Of a stretch of 64,000 nt of DNA, positions 41,594 through 50,192 are shown in pieces. Position 1 is the first letter of the stretch. Every line of letters begins with the position of its first letter. Below the pieces are notes generated by a model. The model saw only the letters and a list, made by a program, of their open reading frames with translations. It made no database searches and was not told where the DNA came from. The translations under genes and the position numbers were made by a program. The DNA is from an uncultured delta proteobacterium (GTDB lineage: Bacteria > Desulfobacterota > Desulfobacteria > Desulfobacterales > SG8-13), in contig CAWKCK010000005.1 in NCBI GenBank assembly GCA_963848135.1, positions 434,001 to 498,000 of the forward strand, in the 5' to 3' direction.

Positions 41594-43696
41594 ATGGTCG
41601 ACAAGCCTAATGATAAGCGGTCACCCGCCGCCGAAACTATCACGCCGATTCCTTATCGTCCCGCAGTCCGAAATCGCCGCATCCTCCCCGGAATCTCATT
41701 GAAATGGTTGATCGGGGCCAGCCTGGTGATGGTTCTTTGCGGTCTCGTTGCAATTGCCGCCGTCGTTTTTACGGCCCGTCAGGTAATAATTCAGATCGAA
41801 CCGACACCGGTCGATATTTCCATCCGCGGTCGCCTTTTTACCGCGCGCTACGGTGACCATTATCTGATGCGGCCTGGAGAATATACCATTCAGGCCACCA
41901 AACCGTGTTATACTCCGCTCGAGGCCCAGTTGGTCGTCGGTTCAGAAAAACGCCAGCACTTTCGCATGACATTACAAAAACTTCCCGGTAAGATTTCGGT
42001 ACGGGTTCACCCGCAGGGCGCCCCTAATGAAGAGATTCGAGCCGCTCGGGTTTACCTTGACGGTGAAGAAGTGGGGTACAGCCCGCTCATTGAACTGGCA
42101 GCTTCGACCGGCGTCCGCCAGATAGATGTTCAGTCCGAACGTTACCAAGATTATCATGGTACGGTGACCATCGAGGGCTGCGGGCAACACCAGGAATTGA
42201 ATCTGGCACTGACACCCGGGTGGTCCGACGTCGTGATCAGCTCTGTTCCTGCAGGAGCACTCGTAATGGTTGACGGCGCGCAAGTCGGCGAAACGCCAGT
42301 AACGCTGGAACTTCCGGAAGGAACCCATGAGGTGCAATTGACCGCCGAGCGCCATAAAACGTGGCAAACGCGACTGGTGACAGAAGCTGGTGTTCCCATG
42401 GAACTCAGCGGTATTCGGCTGGCACCGGCTGACGGTAAATTGGTGCTAAAAAGCTCACCTGCAGGAGCGCGGGTGATGATCGGAGATCGGTATATCGGTC
42501 AAACCCCTCTTGAGGTGACCCTCACGCCCGCAATTCCCCATGTTGTTCATCTTTCGAAGACTGGTTATAAAGATGCTGCCCGCAAGGTTCAAATTGAAAC
42601 TGACGCTGAACAGACGATGGAGGTCCGCCTGGAAGCGGTCAAAGGACTGGTCCACTTTTCCATTCAACCGGCAGGGGCCGAACTGCTAATAAACGGCCGA
42701 TCAATGGGAAAAGTACCCCAGCAGTTGCGTCTCCTATCCACGGTCCAATCGATTGAAATCCGGAAAAAAGGATATCAACCCTATCGAGCCCGCATCACGC
42801 CCCAACCCGGATTTCCCCAGGAAATCAAGGCCGTTTTGAAAGCGCTCACGCCATCGGCAACCTCATCACAAGAAATTGTAAAAGCGCGCAACGGGTATGC
42901 CTTGAAACTCGTTCGGCCCGGTTCGTTCGTGATGGGATCTTCCCGCGGGCAACAGGGACGTCGTGCGAATGAAACCCTACGAAAAATCAAACTGGAACGC
43001 CCCTTTTACATGGGTATCACGGAAGTCACGAACCGCGAATTCAAAGAATTTTTGGCCGATCACGACTCGGGTGTCATAAAATCCATCAACCTGAACACTG
43101 ATGAGTTGCCGGCGGTACAGATCTCATGGGAACAAGCGGCCCTGTTCTGCAATTGGCTGAGTGCCAGAGAATCTCTGCCAGCGGCATATGTCCTGAGAGA
43201 CGATAAACTGGTGGCTGCCGAACCCATGACCACCGGATATCGCCTGCCCTCCGAAGCGGAGTGGGAATACTGTGCCCGTTATACCCCCAGCGGCGTTAAA
43301 CTCAAATATCCGTGGGGCGCCAAGTTTCCACCGAAACCGATGTCCGGTAATTTTGCCGACGTTTCCGCACAAGCCCTGCTGTCAAATACAATTGATGGTT
43401 ACGACGACGGATACCCGGCGGCTGCACCCTCAGGAAAATTTCCGGCCAACGCTCTCGGGTTCCGCGATATGGGCGGCAACGTGGCCGAATGGTGCAACGA
43501 CTACTACGACATTTACAGTTACAATGCCGATAAGGTGGTCACGGATCCTACCGGACCCAAGGACGGCTCATTGCGCGTCGTCAGAGGCTCCAGCTGGCGA
43601 CATGCCAGTATCAGCTCCCTGCGGCTGACATACAGGGACTATAGCAACACCAAACGTCCGGATTTGGGTTTTCGAATCTGCCGGTATGCAAAATAG
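41594..43696 (+). CDS. Membrane-anchored PEGA-repeat protein with C-terminal FGE/SUMF1-fold domain
   Basis: TM; repeats S.P.GA.V.VDG..VG.TP; F.MGS, TEVTN, YRLPSEAEWEY, DMGGNVAEW, GFRI. Confidence 0.9.
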   Translation: MVDKPNDKRSPAAETITPIPYRPAVRNRRILPGISLKWLIGASLVMVLCGLVAIAAVVFTARQVIIQIEPTPVDISIRGRLFTARYGDHYLMRPGEYTIQATKPCYTPLEAQLVVGSEKRQHFRMTLQKLPGKISVRVHPQGAPNEEIRAARVYLDGEEVGYSPLIELAASTGVRQIDVQSERYQDYHGTVTIEGCGQHQELNLALTPGWSDVVISSVPAGALVMVDGAQVGETPVTLELPEGTHEVQLTAERHKTWQTRLVTEAGVPMELSGIRLAPADGKLVLKSSPAGARVMIGDRYIGQTPLEVTLTPAIPHVVHLSKTGYKDAARKVQIETDAEQTMEVRLEAVKGLVHFSIQPAGAELLINGRSMGKVPQQLRLLSTVQSIEIRKKGYQPYRARITPQPGFPQEIKAVLKALTPSATSSQEIVKARNGYALKLVRPGSFVMGSSRGQQGRRANETLRKIKLERPFYMGITEVTNREFKEFLADHDSGVIKSINLNTDELPAVQISWEQAALFCNWLSARESLPAAYVLRDDKLVAAEPMTTGYRLPSEAEWEYCARYTPSGVKLKYPWGAKFPPKPMSGNFADVSAQALLSNTIDGYDDGYPAAAPSGKFPANALGFRDMGGNVAEWCNDYYDIYSYNADKVVTDPTGPKDGSLRVVRGSSWRHASISSLRLTYRDYSNTKRPDLGFRICRYAK

Positions 43697-43708
43697 AGGA
43701 TAGATGGA

Positions 43709-44062
43709 ATGGCACGTTGGACCCTCATATTCTGGGCCGTTTTCGTTCTGCAGTTGACCCAAGCCCGGGAATACAGCGATGTAAGTGTTTATTTCCTCTA
43801 TCCTTTGTCCGGTCGAATGGATCGGCTGGTGACATCGATCGATCGGCCGTTATCATTTCAACTGACGGAAATCGACGACAGCGGTCCGCCCAAAGACCAG
43901 GTGCCGGTCGCAGGCCCGGAGATGGAAAATCTTGCACCGCCACCGGAGAAAAAACCCCAATCAGGTAACGGGCGGCGCGACCGGCAGGTGCCCTTGAAAC
44001 CAGCACGCCCATCTGAGGAAATCAAAGCGGATCAAGCGGTCGATTTTCCTTATGACATATAG
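43709..44062 (+). CDS. Small exported Pro-rich protein
   Basis: Signal peptide, Pro-rich linker, C-terminal PSEEIKADQAVDFPYDI. Confidence 0.7.
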   Translation: MARWTLIFWAVFVLQLTQAREYSDVSVYFLYPLSGRMDRLVTSIDRPLSFQLTEIDDSGPPKDQVPVAGPEMENLAPPPEKKPQSGNGRRDRQVPLKPARPSEEIKADQAVDFPYDI

Positions 44063-44075
44063 GTCCGAAATCATT

Positions 44076-44176
44076 TATACCATTTTTCAGAAACAAATTC
44101 CGAATTTCGGAAGGGTGGTATTAGTGATTTTAGGAAAAAACGTTCGAATAACGGGATGTTTTTTGATGACAACCAT
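44076..44176 (+). repeat. Repeat family C, copy 3
   Basis: TATACCATTTTTC...AAATTCCGAATTTCGGAAGGGTGGTAT...TCGAATAACGG..GTTTTTTGA..ACAACCAT. Confidence 0.75.
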
Positions 44177-44237
44177 ATGATCAGCGGATGAAGCTCGAGA
44201 CCTAATAAACGATTACCCTGCGCAATGGACGTCAACC

Positions 44238-45041
44238 ATGAGAAAAAGCTTTCCAATTTCGTTTGAATTCGCCTACCAGCTATTTGCCCTGATACTGATC
44301 GTCATCGTTGTACATGCGGTCTATATTGGAATCATCCGCCCCAAAGCCAACACGATTTTGGCCCAACAGGCGGCGATGGCAAAAACGGATGCCACTCAGA
44401 CCACTGAAAGATCGGTCTATGTCCTTGTCCGCGATTACGAGCAGGAGGCTTGTTTCATTTTACTGTTCTGGGCGCTGGCGATCATGCTTTACAAAGGGAT
44501 CACGACAAGCCGAAATCGGGCGTTGCTGCAAAAAGACCTGCTCCCGCTGGCCGAAGGCGACCGCATTCTGCCGGAAGACACCCGCGAGTTGGCCCGAAAA
44601 ATCCAGGCCTTGCCGAATCCCCAGCGCCATGCGCTCCTCCCGCGTGCCCTACTGGCGGGTCTGCAGCGATTCCGCACCACCCGCAACATCCAGGATGTTG
44701 CCAGCGCCACGCATGCCTACTGCATGGCAGAGGGGGAGCGGTTGGAATCCGAGCTTTCCATGATCCGTTACATCGCCTGGGCCATTCCATCGATCGGTTT
44801 TATCGGAACGGTTAGGGGTATTGGCGATGCTCTGGGCCAAGCCCACAAAGCCATCGAAGGTGATATCTTTGGTGTGGTTCAAAGCCTGGGGGTCGCCTTC
44901 AACTCCACCTTGATTGCACTGTTATTGAGCATTGTTCTCATGTTCATGCTTCATCAGTTGGAGCTGCTGCAGGAACGCTATGTTTCGGAAACTGACGCGT
45001 ACTGCGAGGAGAAACTGACGAGCCACCTGCATGCGGCATAA
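44238..45041 (+). CDS. MotA/TolQ/ExbB ion-channel family protein
   Basis: Four hydrophobic segments; AIPSIGFIGTVRGI and LGVAFNSTLIALL match the family TM hairpin. Confidence 0.9.
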   Translation: MRKSFPISFEFAYQLFALILIVIVVHAVYIGIIRPKANTILAQQAAMAKTDATQTTERSVYVLVRDYEQEACFILLFWALAIMLYKGITTSRNRALLQKDLLPLAEGDRILPEDTRELARKIQALPNPQRHALLPRALLAGLQRFRTTRNIQDVASATHAYCMAEGERLESELSMIRYIAWAIPSIGFIGTVRGIGDALGQAHKAIEGDIFGVVQSLGVAFNSTLIALLLSIVLMFMLHQLELLQERYVSETDAYCEEKLTSHLHAA

Positions 45042-45152
45042 CCGCACTTGTGTCGCACCAACCAGTTATTGTTTGGCATGATGGCAGCATATTCCGGCCA
45101 TCAATCGCACGGATGCCAAATATAAAGCCTGCATAAGGCAAAGGTCGATACC

Positions 45153-46571
45153 ATGGCGTTATTATCTATTGAACTCAGTGATGCCGGCATCTTGGCGGCG
45201 GGTCATCAGCCGCCGCAACTGCTGGCAGTCGATGGACCGGAAACCGAAAGTCCCGGCTTTGCGCTGCCGCAAAAAAATGGGCTTGTGGTGGGCCAGGCTG
45301 CGGCAAATCAAGCCCGGCTTCAGCCCCAAAAGGTCCAGCACCGCTTCTGGGATCAATTGAGCACCGACCCGCTTAAACCGACCCAGCGCTTTGCGGGAAA
45401 CCATGCGGAGATGGCTTTTTCTCATCTGGCCCACGTATGGGAAAAAATCAAACCGCATGGGAACGAGGTCATTATCACCGTTCCGGCCTTTTACAGCCGT
45501 CATCAACTCGGACTCCTGCTCGGCATGACACAGGAATTATCCATCCCGATCAAAGGTCTCGTCATCCAGGCGGTGGCAGCAGTACCGCGTCCTTATCCGG
45601 GGAGCCATTTGTTTTTCATAGATGTGCACCTACACAAAACTGAGGTGACTCTTTTCGAACAGGACGAGCAACTACGCCTTGAAAAAACGGTGACCCTGGA
45701 CGAATGGGGGCTTATCCACCTTTACCGTATCTGGGCCGAAACGATGGCTGAAGAATTCGTACGAACCACACGCTTCGATCCGCTGCATGATGCCGTCAGC
45801 GAACAGGCCCTCTACGATCGAATGCCGGAAACACTGAACCGCCTGTTGAATGATGCAACTGCGACCATAGAACTGCGTGCCGGCGCCGCCGTCCACCGGG
45901 TGGCTCTGAACCGGGATCTTATCGTTCGACAGACCGCTTCTTATATTGACCGGGTACGCGACACCATCCGTTCGGTAATCGAACAAGCCCGCCGGCCGCA
46001 GGGTAAAGTAACGGCCTTGATGAACCATCGATTCGCCCGATTACCCGGAGCGGCGACAATAATGTCCGGTTTTGATCATCCGTACCGGGTTGAACTGGAG
46101 AACGGCGCAAGTGCCCTGAACATACTACAGATCTGGGACCAGTTTGATTTTCCGACAAGCGGACACGGCGCTGCTTTTTTCACCAGCCGGCCATGGCAAC
46201 CGGTCGATACAGCCGATTCGCTGCAGAGCGAGCCGGTAAAATCGACAGTGAGACGCCCCACCCACCTGCTCCATAACAATTTGGGCTATCCTCTCTCCGA
46301 CACACCTCTTTTTATCGGGAAGAAAGACAGCGCCGCGGGTGGCAGGGTTCTGATCGGTCTTGGATCGTCAGAAGCCAATCCCCAGCAGTGCGCCGTCCAT
46401 CGAGTGGGTGAAGAGGTTGTTTTAACGGTTATCGAAAAGGGACAAATTTTTATCGACGACCAACTGCTGAAGAGCGATAGCACGGTTTTGAACCTCGGCC
46501 AAACCCTTCGCGTGGGAACATCCGGGGAGAACATTCGGGTAATTGCCTGTCTGAATGCCGATGAAACGTAA
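45153..46571 (+). CDS. Degenerate Hsp70/actin-like ATPase-fold protein with C-terminal FHA-like domain
   Basis: SIELSDAG, VVGQAA, VIITVPAFY, AVAA, FIDVH follow Hsp70 NBD order; C-terminal PLFIG...IFIDD...LNLGQTLRVG. Confidence 0.6.
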   Translation: MALLSIELSDAGILAAGHQPPQLLAVDGPETESPGFALPQKNGLVVGQAAANQARLQPQKVQHRFWDQLSTDPLKPTQRFAGNHAEMAFSHLAHVWEKIKPHGNEVIITVPAFYSRHQLGLLLGMTQELSIPIKGLVIQAVAAVPRPYPGSHLFFIDVHLHKTEVTLFEQDEQLRLEKTVTLDEWGLIHLYRIWAETMAEEFVRTTRFDPLHDAVSEQALYDRMPETLNRLLNDATATIELRAGAAVHRVALNRDLIVRQTASYIDRVRDTIRSVIEQARRPQGKVTALMNHRFARLPGAATIMSGFDHPYRVELENGASALNILQIWDQFDFPTSGHGAAFFTSRPWQPVDTADSLQSEPVKSTVRRPTHLLHNNLGYPLSDTPLFIGKKDSAAGGRVLIGLGSSEANPQQCAVHRVGEEVVLTVIEKGQIFIDDQLLKSDSTVLNLGQTLRVGTSGENIRVIACLNADET

Positions 46572-47655
46572 AAAAAGAATAAATGTCTTCAGCCTGTCGT
46601 TTCTCGATTGTATCTCCTGTGGATTGGGTGCAATCATTCTCTTATTCGTGATCATCAACGCCAAGAGTACAGCCCAGCAAGAGAGAGTTACTTCGGATTT
46701 GAAAGCCGAGTCCTCACGGCTGGAAGAATTGGTGCAAGAAGGCCGCAAGAACCTCGTCGCTTTGACAAACACCCTTGAAGAAACAACCGCTCAGATTACA
46801 TCCACTCAGGGGCGGTCCCGGGAGGTGATCGAGACCCTCAGCCCGAAAAAGATTGAATTGGACGATAAAGACAAAGACACCCTTGCCCGCAAAGAGCACC
46901 TAAACAAACTGAAAGCCGATGTCCTTGCCCTGGATGAGGAACTTAAACGGCTTAGGGCTGGCGCCAACACAGAGGATGAACGCGGATCCCGCCTGCGGCC
47001 TTTTCCGGGACAGGGAGACCGACAATACCTCACGGATCTAAAGATGGGCGGGAATCGGATCTTGATCCTCGTGGACGCTTCGGCCAGCATGCTGGATGAA
47101 ACCATCCTCGGAATCATTCGCCGACGGAACCAAAACAAACAGGTGAAGGTCGACGCACCAAAATGGCGACGGGTCGTCGCCACAATCGAGTGGTTGATCA
47201 CTCAGCTTCCCCGGACGGGAAAATATCAGTTGTACGTCTTTAACGAAACCGCTCGGCCGGTCATTGCCGGTACCGGTGGCACCTGGCTCGATACCGGAGA
47301 TGTCGAACGTCTGAACCTGACCATCGATCGATTGCGTCGGGTGGTGCCCGCGAAGGGCACGAGCCTGCTCAATGCTTTCGGGGTCATCAAAGAAATGAGT
47401 CCAAAACCGGATAACATCTTTTTACTGACAGACAGCCTCCCGACGATGGGTGCCGACAAGCCATGGGGCAACCGGGTTTCCGCAAATAAGCGATTGAAGT
47501 TGTTTCGAGAGGCCGCCCGCCAAGTGCCGTCTATGATCCCGGTCAACATTATTCTCTATCCAATGGAGGGCGACCCGATGGCCGCCGACGCCTATTGGCG
47601 ATTGGCGAAAAATACCCGGGGATCCTTCTTCTGCCCTTCAAAGGACTGGCCATAA
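46561..47655 (+). CDS. TM-coiled-coil-vWA domain protein 1
   Basis: FSLSFLDCISCGLGAIILLF TM; coiled coil; MIDAS DASAS; FLLTDSLP. Confidence 0.85.
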   Translation: MKRKKRINVFSLSFLDCISCGLGAIILLFVIINAKSTAQQERVTSDLKAESSRLEELVQEGRKNLVALTNTLEETTAQITSTQGRSREVIETLSPKKIELDDKDKDTLARKEHLNKLKADVLALDEELKRLRAGANTEDERGSRLRPFPGQGDRQYLTDLKMGGNRILILVDASASMLDETILGIIRRRNQNKQVKVDAPKWRRVVATIEWLITQLPRTGKYQLYVFNETARPVIAGTGGTWLDTGDVERLNLTIDRLRRVVPAKGTSLLNAFGVIKEMSPKPDNIFLLTDSLPTMGADKPWGNRVSANKRLKLFREAARQVPSMIPVNIILYPMEGDPMAADAYWRLAKNTRGSFFCPSKDWP

Positions 47656-47721
47656 CCACAACACTGGCAAGGTGAGGTGCCGGTTTGCCGCTAACACGGT
47701 CACCGACCCTGGCCTGTTATG

Positions 47722-47819
47722 GTGGTTGTCAAAAAACGTTCCGTTATTCGAGTGTTTTCTGCACCAACTACTTTTACTGCCCTTCCGTACTGTGGAATTT
47801 ATTTTATAAAAACGGTATA
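47722..47819 (-). repeat. Repeat family C, copy 4
   Basis: Reverse complement TATACCGTTTTT..AAATAAATTCC..TACGGAAGGG...CACTCGAATAACGGAACGTTTTTTGACAACCAC. Confidence 0.75.
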
Positions 47820-47837
47820 AAAAAGTATAAAACGCCT

Positions 47838-48842
47838 ATGAAGACGTCCCGTCGCCAACGTACCGAACTTTTCAGTTTATCTTTTCTGGACTGCATTTGC
47901 TGCGCTTTTGGAGCCATCATTCTGCTGTTCGTCCTGTCTAAGTTCGCCGAGCCGGTCGTCATAGAAAAATTGCGTGAAGACCTCGATGCGGAAATCATCC
48001 GGTTGGAGCAGGAACGGGTCGAAATTCAGGGACAGACGGTCATATTGAACAGGGAATTAACGGCCAAACAGGAACAGCTATCCGAAGAAGAAACGAAGCT
48101 TGCGCGTCTTCAAGGCGATTTGTCGTCAATCGAAGGGCAGTTCGCCACAACTAAAGATGATGCCGAGGTCCAGAACATCATTGAAGGTAAACTGGCGCAG
48201 GCCAAACAGGAACTCACTGCAGAGATGAGGCGGCTCTTGCGACGCCAACCGCCTGAAGCGGTGAGCCGCGTGGGAGGCATTCCGGTGGACAGTGAATACA
48301 TCATTTTCATCATCGACACCTCTGGAAGCATGCAACGTAATGCCTGGGCGCTGGTTCAAAAAAAGATGCGGGAGACCTTAAATATCTATCCTCAGGTAAA
48401 GGGAATTCAGGTCATGAACGACATGGGAGAGTATATGTTCTCTCAGTATCGGGGCCAATGGATTCCAGACAGTCCCGCCCGGCGCCGGGCTATCCTTTCA
48501 CGGCTGGCCGGTTGGCGGGCGTTCAGCAACAGCAGTCCCGTGGAAGGTATAACAGCGGCCATTCGCACGTTTTATTCCCAGGACAAAAAGATCAGCCTGT
48601 ATATTTTTGGTGACGAATTCAGCGGGAATGCTATTCAACCGGTTGTCGATGAAGTCGAACGCTTGAATCGGGCCGGTGCCGGCGGCACCCGCCGGGTCCG
48701 CATCCATGCCGTCGGTTTCCCGGTCGTGATGAATTTCACTGACAAGGGCGGAAATACGGGGGAGCGCTTCGCTGCGCTCATGCGGGTGTTGTGCCAACGC
48801 AATGGGGGCACATTTGTGGGTTTGAACAATACTCGCCCATAA
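47838..48842 (+). CDS. TM-coiled-coil-vWA domain protein 2
   Basis: FSLSFLDCICCAFGAIILLF TM; coiled coil; MIDAS DTSGS; IFGDE, IHAVGFP. Confidence 0.85.
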   Translation: MKTSRRQRTELFSLSFLDCICCAFGAIILLFVLSKFAEPVVIEKLREDLDAEIIRLEQERVEIQGQTVILNRELTAKQEQLSEEETKLARLQGDLSSIEGQFATTKDDAEVQNIIEGKLAQAKQELTAEMRRLLRRQPPEAVSRVGGIPVDSEYIIFIIDTSGSMQRNAWALVQKKMRETLNIYPQVKGIQVMNDMGEYMFSQYRGQWIPDSPARRRAILSRLAGWRAFSNSSPVEGITAAIRTFYSQDKKISLYIFGDEFSGNAIQPVVDEVERLNRAGAGGTRRVRIHAVGFPVVMNFTDKGGNTGERFAALMRVLCQRNGGTFVGLNNTRP

Positions 48843-49312
48843 ACGAAACAAGGCGTTTGAACATTTTATAAAATAGGCGATTATCATCCCACTTATCAAA
48901 CAACACTACAGCAACAAATGCTGTTTGATCATCATAGGTGACATCCACGGCGAATGTCATATCGGAAACAGTTTTCGAATCTTTCCTCTCCATGCCGACG
49001 CCATATTTTCCGAGTCGATAGGGACCATCAAACGATGTATGTGACACCAAGCGATGCCTCGCCCTCAAACCCTCGCAGCTCGAAACCGATACGGCTTCCC
49101 TTGGACTTAATCTCTGCTGCATAAAAACCGGACAGCGTTGAACTTGCTTCTTTGCAGACCCGGGTGATCGTCTCCAACCCCGGTCGGCCGCGATCCACCA
49201 GGGTCAAACCGGCGCCCGATTTTGCCAATAGAGTTGCCAGAGATTTTCCGATGCCGCTGGCTGGGCCGGTTATAATTCCGCATTGATCGCTAAAGTTGTA
49301 GTGCGTATTCAT
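48843..49312 (-). pseudogene. Mosaic of gene fragments: SDR N-terminus, THEP1-like NTPase internal piece, endonuclease V-like N-terminus
   Basis: IITGPASGIGK (SDR); GFYAAEIK..G.RIGFEL / SH...GPYRLGKYGV (NTPase); MTFAVDVTY...AVVLFDKWDD (EndoV-like). Confidence 0.6.
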
Positions 49313-49380
49313 TTTTATCTCCTGGTGAATTCACTTTTGTTTAAAATGCACCGCTAATTACCCAGCCCTCCCCACCGATA

Positions 49381-49941
49381 TCATTTTTTGAGGCGCGTTA
49401 CAAAATCCTTAAAACCATTCATATATTTGGTGAGTTGCTTCATTACACCCTCATCCGTCAAATTGCCCTTCTTATCGAATTTACCCATTGCACCACTGAC
49501 CCACAAAAGTCTCCCGGACCAAACCTGTGCCCCTAACACACGCATAACTGGAAGCCAGGCATACTGTGAGAATGCCGTCCCAAAGTCGCCGGGTGTCGCC
49601 CCCATGAGCCCGACAGGTAAATTCGAAAAGACACGAAAACGGTCTTCAGGTGGTCGCGTCAACCAATCGATGGCGTTTTTGAAGACGCCGGGGATCGAAT
49701 TGTTATTCTCGGGTGTAACCATCAACAAACCGTCGGCATCAACGATGCATTCCTTGAGGTCGGCGACATCCGGTGGAATGCCCTCTGCCTCCTCGATATC
49801 TCCATTGTACAGAGGTATACCTTTAATTGGCCGGATTGTAATCGAGCATCCGTCAGGGGCGGCTTCAACTGCGGCGCGCAAAAGACCCGCATTATATGAA
49901 TACTTCCTGAGACTTCCTGAGATTCCAATAACTTTTATCAT
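49381..49941 (-). CDS. NADPH-dependent FMN reductase family protein
   Basis: GSLRKYSYN, TPENNNSIPGVFKNAIDW. Confidence 0.92.
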   Translation of the reverse strand: MIKVIGISGSLRKYSYNAGLLRAAVEAAPDGCSITIRPIKGIPLYNGDIEEAEGIPPDVADLKECIVDADGLLMVTPENNNSIPGVFKNAIDWLTRPPEDRFRVFSNLPVGLMGATPGDFGTAFSQYAWLPVMRVLGAQVWSGRLLWVSGAMGKFDKKGNLTDEGVMKQLTKYMNGFKDFVTRLKK

Positions 49942-50192
49942 TTCTGTCTCCTTTGATTAAGTTGTCGAGAGATATCTAATTCGAGCGTTTATTATTGATA
50001 AATAATTGAATGTCTTTTTTGCACGTTAAAAGTTATGAACACATTAAAGACAAAGCAAGTTTTGACAAAAAAGAGCACTTTTTATTAAGAAGCCTGTTAG
50101 GGATGGATACTTAATGACCGAAGATCGATGTTATATCAGCTATATTTTTCAATTGATATTTGAGGATTGAAGGGAACGATAGAAAACTGCTT

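Noticed and set aside
44238..48842. Zorya, flagellar MotAB or Tol-Pal/Ton system
   Set aside because: No OmpA-like peptidoglycan-binding partner, no long ZorA tail, and no ZorC/D/E, TolA/B, Pal, TonB or flagellar genes; partners are vWA proteins
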